A DNA stretch of 64,000 bases from positions 32,001 through 96,000 of the forward strand of contig JAVZZH010000001.1 in NCBI GenBank assembly GCA_038885755.1, given 5' to 3'. The stretch is from Candidatus Caldarchaeum sp. Lineage in GTDB: Archaea > Thermoproteota > Nitrososphaeria_A > Caldarchaeales > Caldarchaeaceae. Under the pieces are notes generated by a model. That model was not told the origin of the DNA, did no database searches, and was given only the letters and a program-made list of their open reading frames with translations. Made by a program: the position numbers and the translations under genes. Shown here in pieces: positions 8,752-17,825 of the stretch (position 1 is its first letter; each line of letters begins with the position of its first letter).

Positions 8752-9507
8752 TCACTTTTGAACGCCTGCGGCAGGATAAAACTTTAATGGAGTGTTTTTC
8801 GCCAACCAACCCGGCTTGACTACTTCGGCGTAAAGCCCGAAGACTCCTTGACGGCTTGTCCGGAGGTTCTTCAGGAGTTCGATGCTTTGCTGTAGGCCGG
8901 GCTGGGCGTGGGTTACTACTATGCAGCGTTTTGTCGGCTTGACTATTCTGAGCAAGACGTCTCCGGCTTGGATGATGCCGCCGACCAGCTCCTGCTCCTC
9001 GACGTCTGAGGAATAAACGATGTTGGGCCTGAACCGTGGTATGTCTTTCTCGTCAAGGCCGACGGCTTGGAGGCTTTTGAGGCTGACGAGATGCAGAGGC
9101 ATCGAGTCGTGGAACCTCGCCTCAGCTGTCTGCCCTGTTTTTTCGTAGAGCCGAACTCCTTCGCTGAAGTCCACGCCCATGCCTACGTAGGTCAGTGATG
9201 TGCCTCTGCTGCGCACTATCTCAACCTCCAGCCCGAGATACTTGGACAACGCTTCACGACACTCGTCGCCTCTGTATGTCCGGCCGTCTGGAAACCTCAT
9301 CACGAGATTCTCCCCCTCAAGGCTTGCGCAGACGTTGAGAAGCCTCGGCTCCTTCTTCGCCGAAAAAGCAAAACCCGTCCTAGGCTCGACCACAGCGTAC
9401 AGCCTGTCTCCGTCAAAGCCGTGGGGGGAGGCGTATACGACCTCCATCTCCTCACCCAGCAGCGACTTGACGGGAAACCGGTAAAGCCCTACGACCGTGC
9501 CCCGCAT
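8752..9507 (-). CDS. MOSC domain protein
   Basis: LYRFPVKSL, GDRLYAV, RFRPNIV, KRCIVV, FGLYAEV motifs. Confidence 0.9.
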   Translation of the reverse strand: MRGTVVGLYRFPVKSLLGEEMEVVYASPHGFDGDRLYAVVEPRTGFAFSAKKEPRLLNVCASLEGENLVMRFPDGRTYRGDECREALSKYLGLEVEIVRSRGTSLTYVGMGVDFSEGVRLYEKTGQTAEARFHDSMPLHLVSLKSLQAVGLDEKDIPRFRPNIVYSSDVEEQELVGGIIQAGDVLLRIVKPTKRCIVVTHAQPGLQQSIELLKNLRTSRQGVFGLYAEVVKPGWLAKNTPLKFYPAAGVQK

Positions 9508-9578
9508 CCAGCCAACCACCGCACAGCCGACGAAAACAAAGCATTTAAGTTAAAACACCACACTCATAGCTGATGGAG

Positions 9579-9653
9579 GCCGGGGTAACTCAGCCTGGCT
9601 CAGAGTGCGGGGCTCATAATCCCGTTGTCGTGGGTTCGAATCCCACCCCCGGC
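9579..9653 (+). tRNA. tRNA-Met(CAU), elongator-type body, abnormal anticodon arm
   Basis: Acceptor GCCGGGG/CCCCGGC, D stem ACTC/GAGT, T arm GTGGG-TTCGAAT-CCCAC, anticodon CAT at 9614-9616 in CGGG-CTCATAAT-CCCG. Confidence 0.88.
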
Positions 9654-9689
9654 ATGGGTTAAATTGTGTCGGGGTTGTGTGGTGTTGGG

Positions 9690-10769
9690 TTGCGGGTTCT
9701 TAAGGTTAGTCCTTTGAAGAGGTTTGTGTCGGTTATGCCTGAGACGACTCTGGATTTGTTGAACCTGTATCGTGTGGTCGACGTTGGCGACGTGGTTTAC
9801 AGCGTTGCTAGTCGTGAGTTGAAGCGGGAGAGGCGGGACGGGAGCGTTGACAGCGAGCGTGTGGCGGTGGAGCTGGGTGTGGAGGTTTCGGGGAAGAGGC
9901 TGGACCCTGTGATGAAGCGGGTTGACTTCCACGGCGTCATCAAGTATGCCAGCAGAGACCTTGGGCTGGAGGGCAAGCATCACAGCATCCACCTAGGCGT
10001 GGGCGATGAAATAACCATCGAGAGCAGGAGCAACTACCCGCGGCTCGAGGCGATGGCGAAACACTACCGAGCATGGTCCACGAGCAAAAAAACCGCCGTC
10101 GTGCTGGTCGACGACGAGGGAATCAGCGTCTACACAGCGTCGGACAAAGGACTCAAGCCCCTGTACCGGAAATCTGTTTCCAGCAGGAAGATGGAGCCCG
10201 AGGAGAGAAGCAGGACGATGCATAAAATATACGGCGAAGCTGTTGAAGAAGCCGGCAAGGCCGACGAACTGTATGTCTTCGGACCTTCCGTGATGGTTGA
10301 CGAGTTCATAAACCATGTCAAAAGGCTGGACAAGCAGCTGGCCGGCCGGGTTAAGAAGACGGGCTACGCCTCCAGCACAGACTTCGGAGGTGTTTCGGAG
10401 GTTCTCCGAAACAAGGGCCTTCACGAGCTGCGGGAGGTTGTTAAAGACGTTGCGGACGCCGAGGAGGTTGAGACGCTGATGGAGACGCTTGCAAAAGACC
10501 CGTCCAAGACTGCGCTGGGTCTCGACGAATGCTTCAAAGCGTTCAGCATGAAGGCTGTCGAAAAACTCCTGATAGCCGAGGACTACCTCTGGACGGTGAT
10601 GACGGACGAGAGGGTTGCGCAGATGCTTGACCAGGCCGAGTCCTACGGAGTCGACGTCAGAGTAATCTCCTCCCCGGGGGAGAGCTTGGACAAACTGATG
10701 AGCCTAGGGGGCGTTGCCTGTCTCCTGAGGTACAGCATAGACCCGGCGCTTTTAAGAGAAGCCGGCTAG
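9690..10769 (+). CDS. pelA: mRNA surveillance protein Pelota
   Basis: PETTLDLLNLYRVVDVGD, GKHHSI, LMSLGGVACLLRY; start probably TTG 9690. Confidence 0.92.
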   Translation: MRVLKVSPLKRFVSVMPETTLDLLNLYRVVDVGDVVYSVASRELKRERRDGSVDSERVAVELGVEVSGKRLDPVMKRVDFHGVIKYASRDLGLEGKHHSIHLGVGDEITIESRSNYPRLEAMAKHYRAWSTSKKTAVVLVDDEGISVYTASDKGLKPLYRKSVSSRKMEPEERSRTMHKIYGEAVEEAGKADELYVFGPSVMVDEFINHVKRLDKQLAGRVKKTGYASSTDFGGVSEVLRNKGLHELREVVKDVADAEEVETLMETLAKDPSKTALGLDECFKAFSMKAVEKLLIAEDYLWTVMTDERVAQMLDQAESYGVDVRVISSPGESLDKLMSLGGVACLLRYSIDPALLREAG

Positions 10770-11903
10770 GTCGTGAGTTGTGTAGACGTGCACGTTGGGA
10801 GGCTTGTTCTGAATTTCTCCAACCCTAGCCCCGATCAAGTAGACCTCCGTACCCATGGACGCAGCAGTGTCCACCAGCCGCTGAGTCACGACGCCGTCGA
10901 AGACAACGTACTTCGCTGATTTTTCCTCGCCCAACCGGCTTACCAGCTCGCTCACAGGGATTCGTGAAATCTCCTGAAGCTCGGAGTTGAGAAGCACGGC
11001 TGAAAGCGTACCGTCAACCTCCTTGACGAAGTTCTTCAAATCGGGTGGAACCGCCTTCTTCTCAGCGGCAGCCGCGGCAAACTCCTTCGCCTTCAAAGCA
11101 TCCTCGGGGTGAACCGCGTGCTCCAAAGCCTCGTGGATTTCTCGAGCGGTAAGCTGCTCAACCTCCTTGCCGTAAGGGGCTCTCGCGACAGCGTCTATCT
11201 TGCAGTTGTTTAGAAGCTCCTGCAGTATCAGGTCTCCACCCCTGTCGCCGTCGAGGAAGGCGATGACCCTTTTCTTACGCCGTGTAAGGTTAGCCACGGT
11301 TTTAGGTACCTTGACCCCCTCAACCGCTATCGTGTTTTTGTACCCGAACCTCAGTAAGTTGATGACATCAGCCCTCCCCTCCACTATGATTATCTCGTCG
11401 CTAGAGTCGACTTCAGGCCCGGCGGGGAGTTTCTCAGGCCCATACTCGGAGACCTTCGTCCTGACGACGGCTTCCTCCAAATCCCTCAAAACCAAGTCGT
11501 CGTCCGGAAGCTTCTGCTTCTCCCACGTCGCCAGAATCTCCTTAGCCCTGTCGACAATCCTCTTCCTCTTCTCCAGACGGGTGTCCTCTATTTTGTCTAT
11601 GACGACTCGAGCCTGGTAAGGCCCCACCCTGTCTATCGACTCGATCATGGCGGCTATCAAGGCGGTCGTATACCTGTCGAGGCTCGTTGGAACTGTAATC
11701 TTGCCGAAAGCCTTGTTCCCCTGAGTAGTCACCGTTATCTCTATCCTGCCGATACGCCCGGTCTTCTGCAGCTCCCGGAGGTCTAGGTCGGAGCTGAAAA
11801 TCCCCTCAGTCTGGCCGAACACCGCGCCGACGACGTCGTTCTTGTCAACAGGCCCGTCCACCTCTATCCGTCCCTCGATGACATACTTAGTTATCGTGCT
11901 CAA
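10752..11903 (-). CDS. dnaG: archaeal DnaG (TOPRIM, exosome-associated)
   Basis: DVVGAVFGQTEG, LRELQKTGRIGRI, IIVEGRADV, FLDGDRGG. Confidence 0.96.
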   Translation of the reverse strand: MSTITKYVIEGRIEVDGPVDKNDVVGAVFGQTEGIFSSDLDLRELQKTGRIGRIEITVTTQGNKAFGKITVPTSLDRYTTALIAAMIESIDRVGPYQARVVIDKIEDTRLEKRKRIVDRAKEILATWEKQKLPDDDLVLRDLEEAVVRTKVSEYGPEKLPAGPEVDSSDEIIIVEGRADVINLLRFGYKNTIAVEGVKVPKTVANLTRRKKRVIAFLDGDRGGDLILQELLNNCKIDAVARAPYGKEVEQLTAREIHEALEHAVHPEDALKAKEFAAAAAEKKAVPPDLKNFVKEVDGTLSAVLLNSELQEISRIPVSELVSRLGEEKSAKYVVFDGVVTQRLVDTAASMGTEVYLIGARVGEIQNKPPNVHVYTTHDLAGFS

Positions 11904-11980
11904 ATCCTTCTTCGGTTTTTCTACCTCGACGGAGCTAATAAGGACTTCCCCCAGCTTTAAAAAAGCGGGGCGGCAGCGAG

Positions 11981-11996
11981 TTTAGATAAGGCTAAA
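11981..11996. promoter_or_regulatory. palindrome TTTAG-N6-CTAAA, DtxR/MntR-family-like metal box
   Basis: TTTAGATAAGGCTAAA about 30 nt upstream of a metal ABC operon. Confidence 0.6.
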
Positions 11997-12025
11997 TTCT
12001 ATCCGGATTTTCTAGAGCCGGGAAC

Positions 12026-12958
12026 TTGTACGAGAGGCTTTCACCAGCCCTGCTAGCTCTGTCGGTTTTGATGCTTGGCTTGAGCTTGGTAGCGCCGCTG
12101 CTGGCCGGGAGGGTGGAGAGGCCGTCCGACAGGACGCTGCTGGCTACGACGACGGTTCTGTGGGACTTGGCTAGGAACGTGGCCGGAGACCTCTGGACGG
12201 TCGAATACCTTGTCGAGCCGGGTGTTAACCCCCACAGCTACGAGCCGACGCCGCAGGACATGGTGAAGGCTCAGAAGGCTTCAGTCATACTCTACAACGG
12301 ATTCAACTTAGACGCATGGGTCGTCAAGCTTCTTTCGGGCAGGATGTCCGGCAAGATGGTTCGTGCGACAGAAGGGCTTGAGGCCCACCTGCTCACTGTG
12401 CCTGACGGGCCCTACGCCGGCCGTGAAGACCCCCATATGTGGATGGATGTGATGCTGGTTGTCAAGTACGTCGAGAGGATAAGGGATATTCTGTCGGATC
12501 TCGACCCGGAGAACGCAGCCTATTATGCGGCCAACGCAGAGAATTACATCCAGCGCCTGAAGACGCTGGACGAATGGATAAGGTCTGAAACGTCGAAGAT
12601 ACCCGTCGAGAGAAGAGTCCTGGTCACGCAGGAGAATGCCTTCCAGTATTTCGCCCGGGCCTACGGCTTCAGGGTGGGCGCCTACTTCTACTCGATAGCG
12701 ACTGAGATCGAGCCGACGGCTCTAGACATGGTCTATGCATTAGGCAGGATAAAGCAGTTGGGAGTGTGTGTTTATTTCGTGGAGACTACGTTGAGCAGGA
12801 GAGTTATGGAGACTCTGGTTAGGGAAGCGGGAGGCAGGATCGGTTCCTCGCTCTATGCGGACAGTTTAGGGCCTTTTGGAAGCGGTGCCGACAGCTACAT
12901 AGGCATGATGAGGCACAACGTCGAGAGAATTGTTGAGGAGTTGTTGAGGTGGTGTTGA
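12026..12958 (+). CDS. Mn/Zn/Fe ABC transporter substrate-binding protein (TroA/PsaA family)
   Basis: N-terminal hydrophobic anchor, NPHSYEPTP, DPHMW, LYADSLG. Confidence 0.93.
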   Translation: MYERLSPALLALSVLMLGLSLVAPLLAGRVERPSDRTLLATTTVLWDLARNVAGDLWTVEYLVEPGVNPHSYEPTPQDMVKAQKASVILYNGFNLDAWVVKLLSGRMSGKMVRATEGLEAHLLTVPDGPYAGREDPHMWMDVMLVVKYVERIRDILSDLDPENAAYYAANAENYIQRLKTLDEWIRSETSKIPVERRVLVTQENAFQYFARAYGFRVGAYFYSIATEIEPTALDMVYALGRIKQLGVCVYFVETTLSRRVMETLVREAGGRIGSSLYADSLGPFGSGADSYIGMMRHNVERIVEELLRWC

Positions 12959-13710
12959 TGGACGCCATCAAGGTTGACGGGCTGACGGTGTTCTACGGAA
13001 AGCTGAAGGCTTTGGAAGATGTTTCCTTCAGCATTTCTGCGGGAACCCTGACGGCTGTGATCGGCCCCAACGGCTCGGGCAAGAGCACGCTGCTCAAAAC
13101 CCTTGTCGGCCTCATCAAGCCTAAGGAGGGGACGATAACGGTGCTTGGAACATCTATTGACAAAGCCAGAGGAAGAATGGCCTACGTGCCGCAGAAGGAG
13201 GAGGTTTACTGGGGTTATCCGCTGACCGTCTGGGACGTTGTGGCGATGGGAAGGATTAAGGCCGTGGGCCCTCTGAAGCCCGTGAGCAAGAAAGATGAAG
13301 TGGTTATACAGGCCTTGGAGAAAGCCGGGCTGTCGAGCTTAAAATCGAGGAAGATATCCGAGCTGTCGGGCGGACAGCAGCAGAGAATTTTTCTAGCCCG
13401 TGCGATAGCGCAGCAAGCCGACCTCTACCTGATGGATGAGCCTTTGACAGGCATCGACGCCGAAGCCGAGGACAGGCTTCTGGAGATACTTTCGAGTCTG
13501 CGGGACGAGGGGAAGACGATAGTCATGACGACGCACGACCTCAGCTCGACTCTCGAATTGTTTGACAACGTGATGGTTTTGAAGAACTGTCTGGTGGCGT
13601 TCGGCAAGCCTGAGGAAGCCTTGAAAGCTGAGAACCTCGCCAAAGCCTACGGCAGCGAGAGGGTTGCGATGCATCTCTCAGACGTAAAGAGGGTTGCCGG
13701 ATGGCGTTGA
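12949..13710 (+). CDS. metal ABC transporter ATPase
   Basis: GPNGSGKST, LSGGQQQR, LMDEP, THDL. Confidence 0.95.
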   Translation: MVLMDAIKVDGLTVFYGKLKALEDVSFSISAGTLTAVIGPNGSGKSTLLKTLVGLIKPKEGTITVLGTSIDKARGRMAYVPQKEEVYWGYPLTVWDVVAMGRIKAVGPLKPVSKKDEVVIQALEKAGLSSLKSRKISELSGGQQQRIFLARAIAQQADLYLMDEPLTGIDAEAEDRLLEILSSLRDEGKTIVMTTHDLSSTLELFDNVMVLKNCLVAFGKPEEALKAENLAKAYGSERVAMHLSDVKRVAGWR

Positions 13711-14513
13711 TGGAGACACTGCTCGATCCTCTGTCCTACGAGTTCATGCGTGTAGCTCTCATCACAGCAGTTGTGGTAGGAATCACTGCATCCACGCTCA
13801 GCGTGTTCGTCGTGCTCAGGGGATGGAGCCTTTTGGGCGACGCCATCTCCCACTCCGTCCTGCCCGGCCTAGCTCTTTCTGCTGCGTTCAACCTCCCGCT
13901 CACCGTTGGAGGCGCTGTGGCTGGAGTGGTTGCCTCTGTCTTGATCGGGTTTGTGGAGTCTAGAACGAGGGTGAGGAACGACACGGCGGTCGGCATCGTG
14001 CTGACCGGAGCCTTCGCACTAGGGCTTGTAATCATCAGCCGTCTCAGGCCGACCGTCGACATCTTCCACATCCTCTTCGGAAATGTTTTAGGCGTTTCAG
14101 CTGAAGACCTGATGATGACTGCAGTAATCGGGTTCATCGTAATCCTCCTAGTCTCCGCCTTCATGAAGGAGATTGTCTCCTTCACCTTCGACCCCGTCTT
14201 CACACACGTCGTCGGGCTTCCATCAGCCCTCATACAGTACTCGCTGATGATCATGATGTCGTTGACCGTCATAGCCGCCTTACAGACTGTAGGCATAATC
14301 TTGGTGATATCGCTGCTGGTCGCCCCGGGTGCGACGGCACAGCTCTACGCACGGAGCTTAGGGCAGATGATCGCGATATCTCTGGCTGTGGGCGTCGTCT
14401 CGTCGGTTGCAGGCCTCTTCTTCTCTTACTACTTCGCAGTAAGCTCAGGCGGAACCATAGCCCTAACGGCCACGTTGATATTCTTCATCGCCTTGGCTCT
14501 CAAGCGCCGCTAG
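13701..14513 (+). CDS. metal ABC transporter permease (ABC-3)
   Basis: LLGDAISHSVLPG, ILFGNVL, TFDP motifs; multiple TM segments. Confidence 0.94.
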   Translation: MALMETLLDPLSYEFMRVALITAVVVGITASTLSVFVVLRGWSLLGDAISHSVLPGLALSAAFNLPLTVGGAVAGVVASVLIGFVESRTRVRNDTAVGIVLTGAFALGLVIISRLRPTVDIFHILFGNVLGVSAEDLMMTAVIGFIVILLVSAFMKEIVSFTFDPVFTHVVGLPSALIQYSLMIMMSLTVIAALQTVGIILVISLLVAPGATAQLYARSLGQMIAISLAVGVVSSVAGLFFSYYFAVSSGGTIALTATLIFFIALALKRR

Positions 14514-15241
14514 GCTGCTCCCGACTCCCTGAGGCTGATCAGCTTATCGAGTATCATGTCATGCTTCGCCTCGTCGGCCGCAACCGAGTCCAGCAGGATT
14601 TTTACAAGGTTGTTGGGAATCATCCTCTTGACCTCCTCGAGGTCATGGACGTGGCTCTTCTCCTCATGCTCCCGTAGTTGCCTCAGTCTCTCCGGGTCCG
14701 GGAGAGGCCCTTCGCGAACCCCTTTCTCGACGGCTGAAATTGCTGCCTGCATTATGTCGGCGTGTCTGAGGCTGTCGGAAGCCACTTGCCGGAACAGAAG
14801 CCTGACGATGTCGTCCCTTGACTTGATGGCCTCAGACAGAAACAGCTCAGCCGCTTCCTGCTCGGCGGCCAGCCTGCTGCGCAGTATCCTTAAGGCTTGG
14901 CTTCTCACCTGCTCCTCAAGCTTCTCAGACTCACGGCGAGGGGCTTCAGCCAGCATCAGAACCTCGTAGGCAAGGTCTAGCAGCTCGGTCTCCTGAACAG
15001 GTCTCTTCCTCAAAGCGATCTTAGCCGCATACTCTTTGACGACTTTTTTCACAAGCTCGTTCGACCCGAGGCTGTGCTTGCCCAACGCCCTGACGCCTTT
15101 GACGTACTGGGCCACTGCTTGAGGTGTTATTGAGAGCGCCCGTGCCGTCTCGGCGCTCGTCATGCCGTGGCTCTTCTTGAGCTCTAGGGCCACCATGGCT
15201 CGGAGTAAGGGTATTATATTCTCGGCTTTCGTGTTCTTCAA
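14510..15241 (-). CDS. HTH transcriptional regulator fused to ferritin/rubrerythrin-like domain
   Basis: N-terminal PLLRAMVALEL...AETARALSITPQAVAQYVKG (COG2522-like HTH); C-terminal EQEAAE, DSLRH, EEKSH, DEAKH four-helix metal-ligand pattern. Confidence 0.75.
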   Translation of the reverse strand: MKNTKAENIIPLLRAMVALELKKSHGMTSAETARALSITPQAVAQYVKGVRALGKHSLGSNELVKKVVKEYAAKIALRKRPVQETELLDLAYEVLMLAEAPRRESEKLEEQVRSQALRILRSRLAAEQEAAELFLSEAIKSRDDIVRLLFRQVASDSLRHADIMQAAISAVEKGVREGPLPDPERLRQLREHEEKSHVHDLEEVKRMIPNNLVKILLDSVAADEAKHDMILDKLISLRESGAA

Positions 15242-15260
15242 AGCCGTGTCTGTTTTTTGT

Positions 15261-15273
15261 TAACGGCGTTATA
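15261..15273. promoter_or_regulatory. putative operator TAACGGCGTTATA upstream of the HTH-ferritin gene
   Basis: Palindromic core TAACG-N-CGTTA; exact reverse complement of 15331-15343. Confidence 0.7.
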
Positions 15274-15318
15274 TGCTTGACGTTAAACCCTGTGAATGGT
15301 GTTGTTCACGCTGTATAA

Positions 15319-15343
15319 TTTAAATACGGCTATAACGCCGTTA
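15319..15343 (+). promoter_or_regulatory. phnD promoter: TATA box TTTAAATA plus putative operator TATAACGCCGTTA
   Basis: TATA 15319-15326 lies 21 nt before ATG 15348 (leaderless spacing); palindrome lies between them. Confidence 0.7.
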
Positions 15344-15347
15344 TGCC

Positions 15348-16301
15348 ATGCGGCGTGAAACACTTATCCAAACAGCCGCGCTACTCACCGCCGGAATAAT
15401 AATCGGCCTCACTCTCTCCGCGGGACTCGGCATGGTCTTCCCCCAGCCCGCGAAGAACAAGTTGGTCATAGCGGTCCAGCCAACCCTGTCAGCCGCTGAA
15501 GTAATGCAGAGGTCGAAGCCGGTAGAGGTTTTTCTCGAACAGCGGCTACCCGAAGTCGACGTCGAGATATATGTTCCAACATCCTACGCAGCGGCCGTAG
15601 AAGCGCTCAGGAGAGGCCATGCACAGGCAGGTTTCATGAGCGCGTGGCCCTCGTACCTAGCTTGGAAGCTTGCGGGGGCCGAGGTCGTCCTCGCCGAGGT
15701 GAGGACTGTTGGGGAGGGCGACAAAATCATCCAGTCCACCTCCTACTACTCTTACTGGGTCGTAATGCCCGGCTCTCCCATCAAATCGGTTGAAGACCTG
15801 CGCGGAAAGAAAGTAGCTCTACCAAGCCCCATCTCCACTTCAGGCTACTTGGCTCCATTAGCTAAGCTGGTTGAGCTGGGCTACATACAGACAAAGCCGG
15901 GAGTGGAAGCAGACCCCAGCACGTTCTTCAACCTCGTGTTTACAGGAGGATACGCCCAGTCTTGGGCTGCTTTGAGGAACGGAGACGTCGACGCTGCGGT
16001 GATAGCTGGAGACGTTCCAGCAAGCCTGTACTTAGAGGTCATGTCCAGCACGAGGGTGGTTGCGTCTCAGGGGCCGATTCCCAGCCATGGAGTCGTCTTC
16101 TCAAAGGAGCTGAGAGAGCCGCTGCGGTCCAAGCTCGTCCAAGCCTTGCTGGAGCTTGGAGAGACACAGCCTGAGCTGATGCGTCAATTCATCTCAGCTC
16201 TGTTCGTCAAGTTCGAGCCCACAACCTCTGAAAAACACCTCTCTAACTTGAAGCACTACCTAGAGCTGACAAACCTGAAGTATTCGGAGAAAGTGGGCTG
16301 A
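15348..16301 (+). CDS. phnD: phosphate/phosphite/phosphonate ABC transporter substrate-binding protein
   Basis: YAAAVEAL, YYSY, SPISTSGYL, GDVDAA, PIP motifs. Confidence 0.88.
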   Translation: MRRETLIQTAALLTAGIIIGLTLSAGLGMVFPQPAKNKLVIAVQPTLSAAEVMQRSKPVEVFLEQRLPEVDVEIYVPTSYAAAVEALRRGHAQAGFMSAWPSYLAWKLAGAEVVLAEVRTVGEGDKIIQSTSYYSYWVVMPGSPIKSVEDLRGKKVALPSPISTSGYLAPLAKLVELGYIQTKPGVEADPSTFFNLVFTGGYAQSWAALRNGDVDAAVIAGDVPASLYLEVMSSTRVVASQGPIPSHGVVFSKELREPLRSKLVQALLELGETQPELMRQFISALFVKFEPTTSEKHLSNLKHYLELTNLKYSEKVG

Positions 16302-16303
16302 GC

Positions 16304-17020
16304 TTGAAACACGCACTCGTCGTCCGAGGGTTGAGGTTTTCCTACGACGGCCGTAGGAACGTTCTCGACGGCGTAGACCTTGAGCTTCATCAGGGAGAAA
16401 TTCTCGCCGTGATGGGTTTCTCAGGGTCCGGCAAGACAACCCTCCTCAAGGTAATCGCCGGGCTTCTCTACCCATACCAAGGAGTTGTCCAGCTGAACGT
16501 CGAAAGAGGTGGAGTAGGATACGTGCCTCAGAACATCGGGCTCGTCAAAAACAACTCAGCTCTTCAAAACGTCTTACTGGGGTCGCTCGGCCGTGTGGGA
16601 CGGTTGAACGGCCTCCTCGGCAGATTCCCGGAGGAAGAGCTGGAGAAAGCTCACCGGCTGCTTGCTGAGATGGGCCTCGCCGAGCTGGCCAACAGAAAAG
16701 CAAGCCTGCTGAGCGGGGGTGAAAGACAGAGGGTGGCTGTCGCGAGGTCTTTGATGCAGGCGCCCAGCATCCTGCTGGCCGACGAGTTCGTGTCAGACCT
16801 CGATGTAATCAACGCCATCGAGGTGATGACACTCACCCGCAGGATATGTAAGCGAAACAACATAGCTTTGATGATGACCATGCACGACACGTATCTCGTC
16901 AACAAATTCGCCGACAGAGCCGTCATCCTCAAAGACGGGCGAATAACCGCCGACATGGCCGCAGAAAAACTAGACATACACAGCCTCTCGTCAATACTCG
17001 GCGGAGGAGCAGCTTTATGA
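16304..17020 (+). CDS. phnC: PhnC-like ABC ATPase
   Basis: GFSGSGKTT, ALQNVLLGSL, LSGGERQRVAVAR, LLADE. Confidence 0.88.
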   Translation: MKHALVVRGLRFSYDGRRNVLDGVDLELHQGEILAVMGFSGSGKTTLLKVIAGLLYPYQGVVQLNVERGGVGYVPQNIGLVKNNSALQNVLLGSLGRVGRLNGLLGRFPEEELEKAHRLLAEMGLAELANRKASLLSGGERQRVAVARSLMQAPSILLADEFVSDLDVINAIEVMTLTRRICKRNNIALMMTMHDTYLVNKFADRAVILKDGRITADMAAEKLDIHSLSSILGGGAAL

Positions 17021-17794
17021 AATTTCGGTAAACAGCTCAGCCTCCTGCTCGTCATAGCTGCTTTCGTATACTCCGCCGCCAGCCTAGGCTTCGCAGACCC
17101 GGGAAGGCTTGGAAGGGGAGTGTCCAACCTTGGCAGCCTCGTGGCTGAGATGCTTCCGCCTGACCTCGGAGTGGCTTCGGAGGTCGCCGCAGCCCTCGCC
17201 GAAACCGTCCAGATAGCCTTCGTCGGAACAGTCATAGGCTTCCTCCTGTCGTTGCCGTTCTCAGCCCTCGCCCTCAGAAACATCTTTCCATCCATCCTCA
17301 CAACGACCGTACGCTCCCTGCTGGGCATCGTCCGAACAATCCCAGCACTCTTCTGGGCCGTGCTGTTCGTCATAGCCGTCGGGCTGGGCCCGTTCGCAGG
17401 CACGTTAGCCGTAGCCGTTTACTCCTTCGGATACCTGTCGAAGCTCTACTACGAAGCCTTCGAAGCAGTCGACGCCGAGGTGTTAGACGCCCTCCGGGTG
17501 ACGGGGGCCTCGAGGATTCTTTTGGTGAGGCATGCTGTCCTTCCCGAGTCGATGAACACTGTAGTCAGTCAGCTGTTGTTCATGTTCGAATACAACATCC
17601 GTTCGTCCGCTGTGCTGGGGTTCGTTGGAGCTGGGGGAGTCGGTTTCCTGATGGTCAGCTACATCGAGTCGCTGAGGTACAGCAGCCTCACAACCGTCCT
17701 AGTCTTCACTCTCGCAACAGTCATCGCCATAGACATCGTAAGCGGATACGTCAGGAGAAGGTTCTTGCCAGGATTCAGGCCAGCCTCAGCGTGA
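17017..17794 (+). CDS. phnE: PhnE-like ABC permease; 5' end irregular (ATG 17017 is 1 nt out of frame)
   Basis: RTIPALFWA, GLGPFAG, FEYNIRSSAVLGFVGAGG; frame stays open upstream of GTG 17120 back to 17021 and encodes a TM helix. Confidence 0.88.
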
Positions 17795-17825
17795 TGGATA
17801 AATAGCCACGTCCAACAGAATAGGC

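Noticed and set aside
9600-9992. 130-aa minus-strand ORF
   Set aside because: Antisense to tRNA-Met and pelota
17018-17020. Selenocysteine recoding of the phnC TGA
   Set aside because: Not a catalytic Cys position; no SECIS-like hairpin or Sec genes seen in the window
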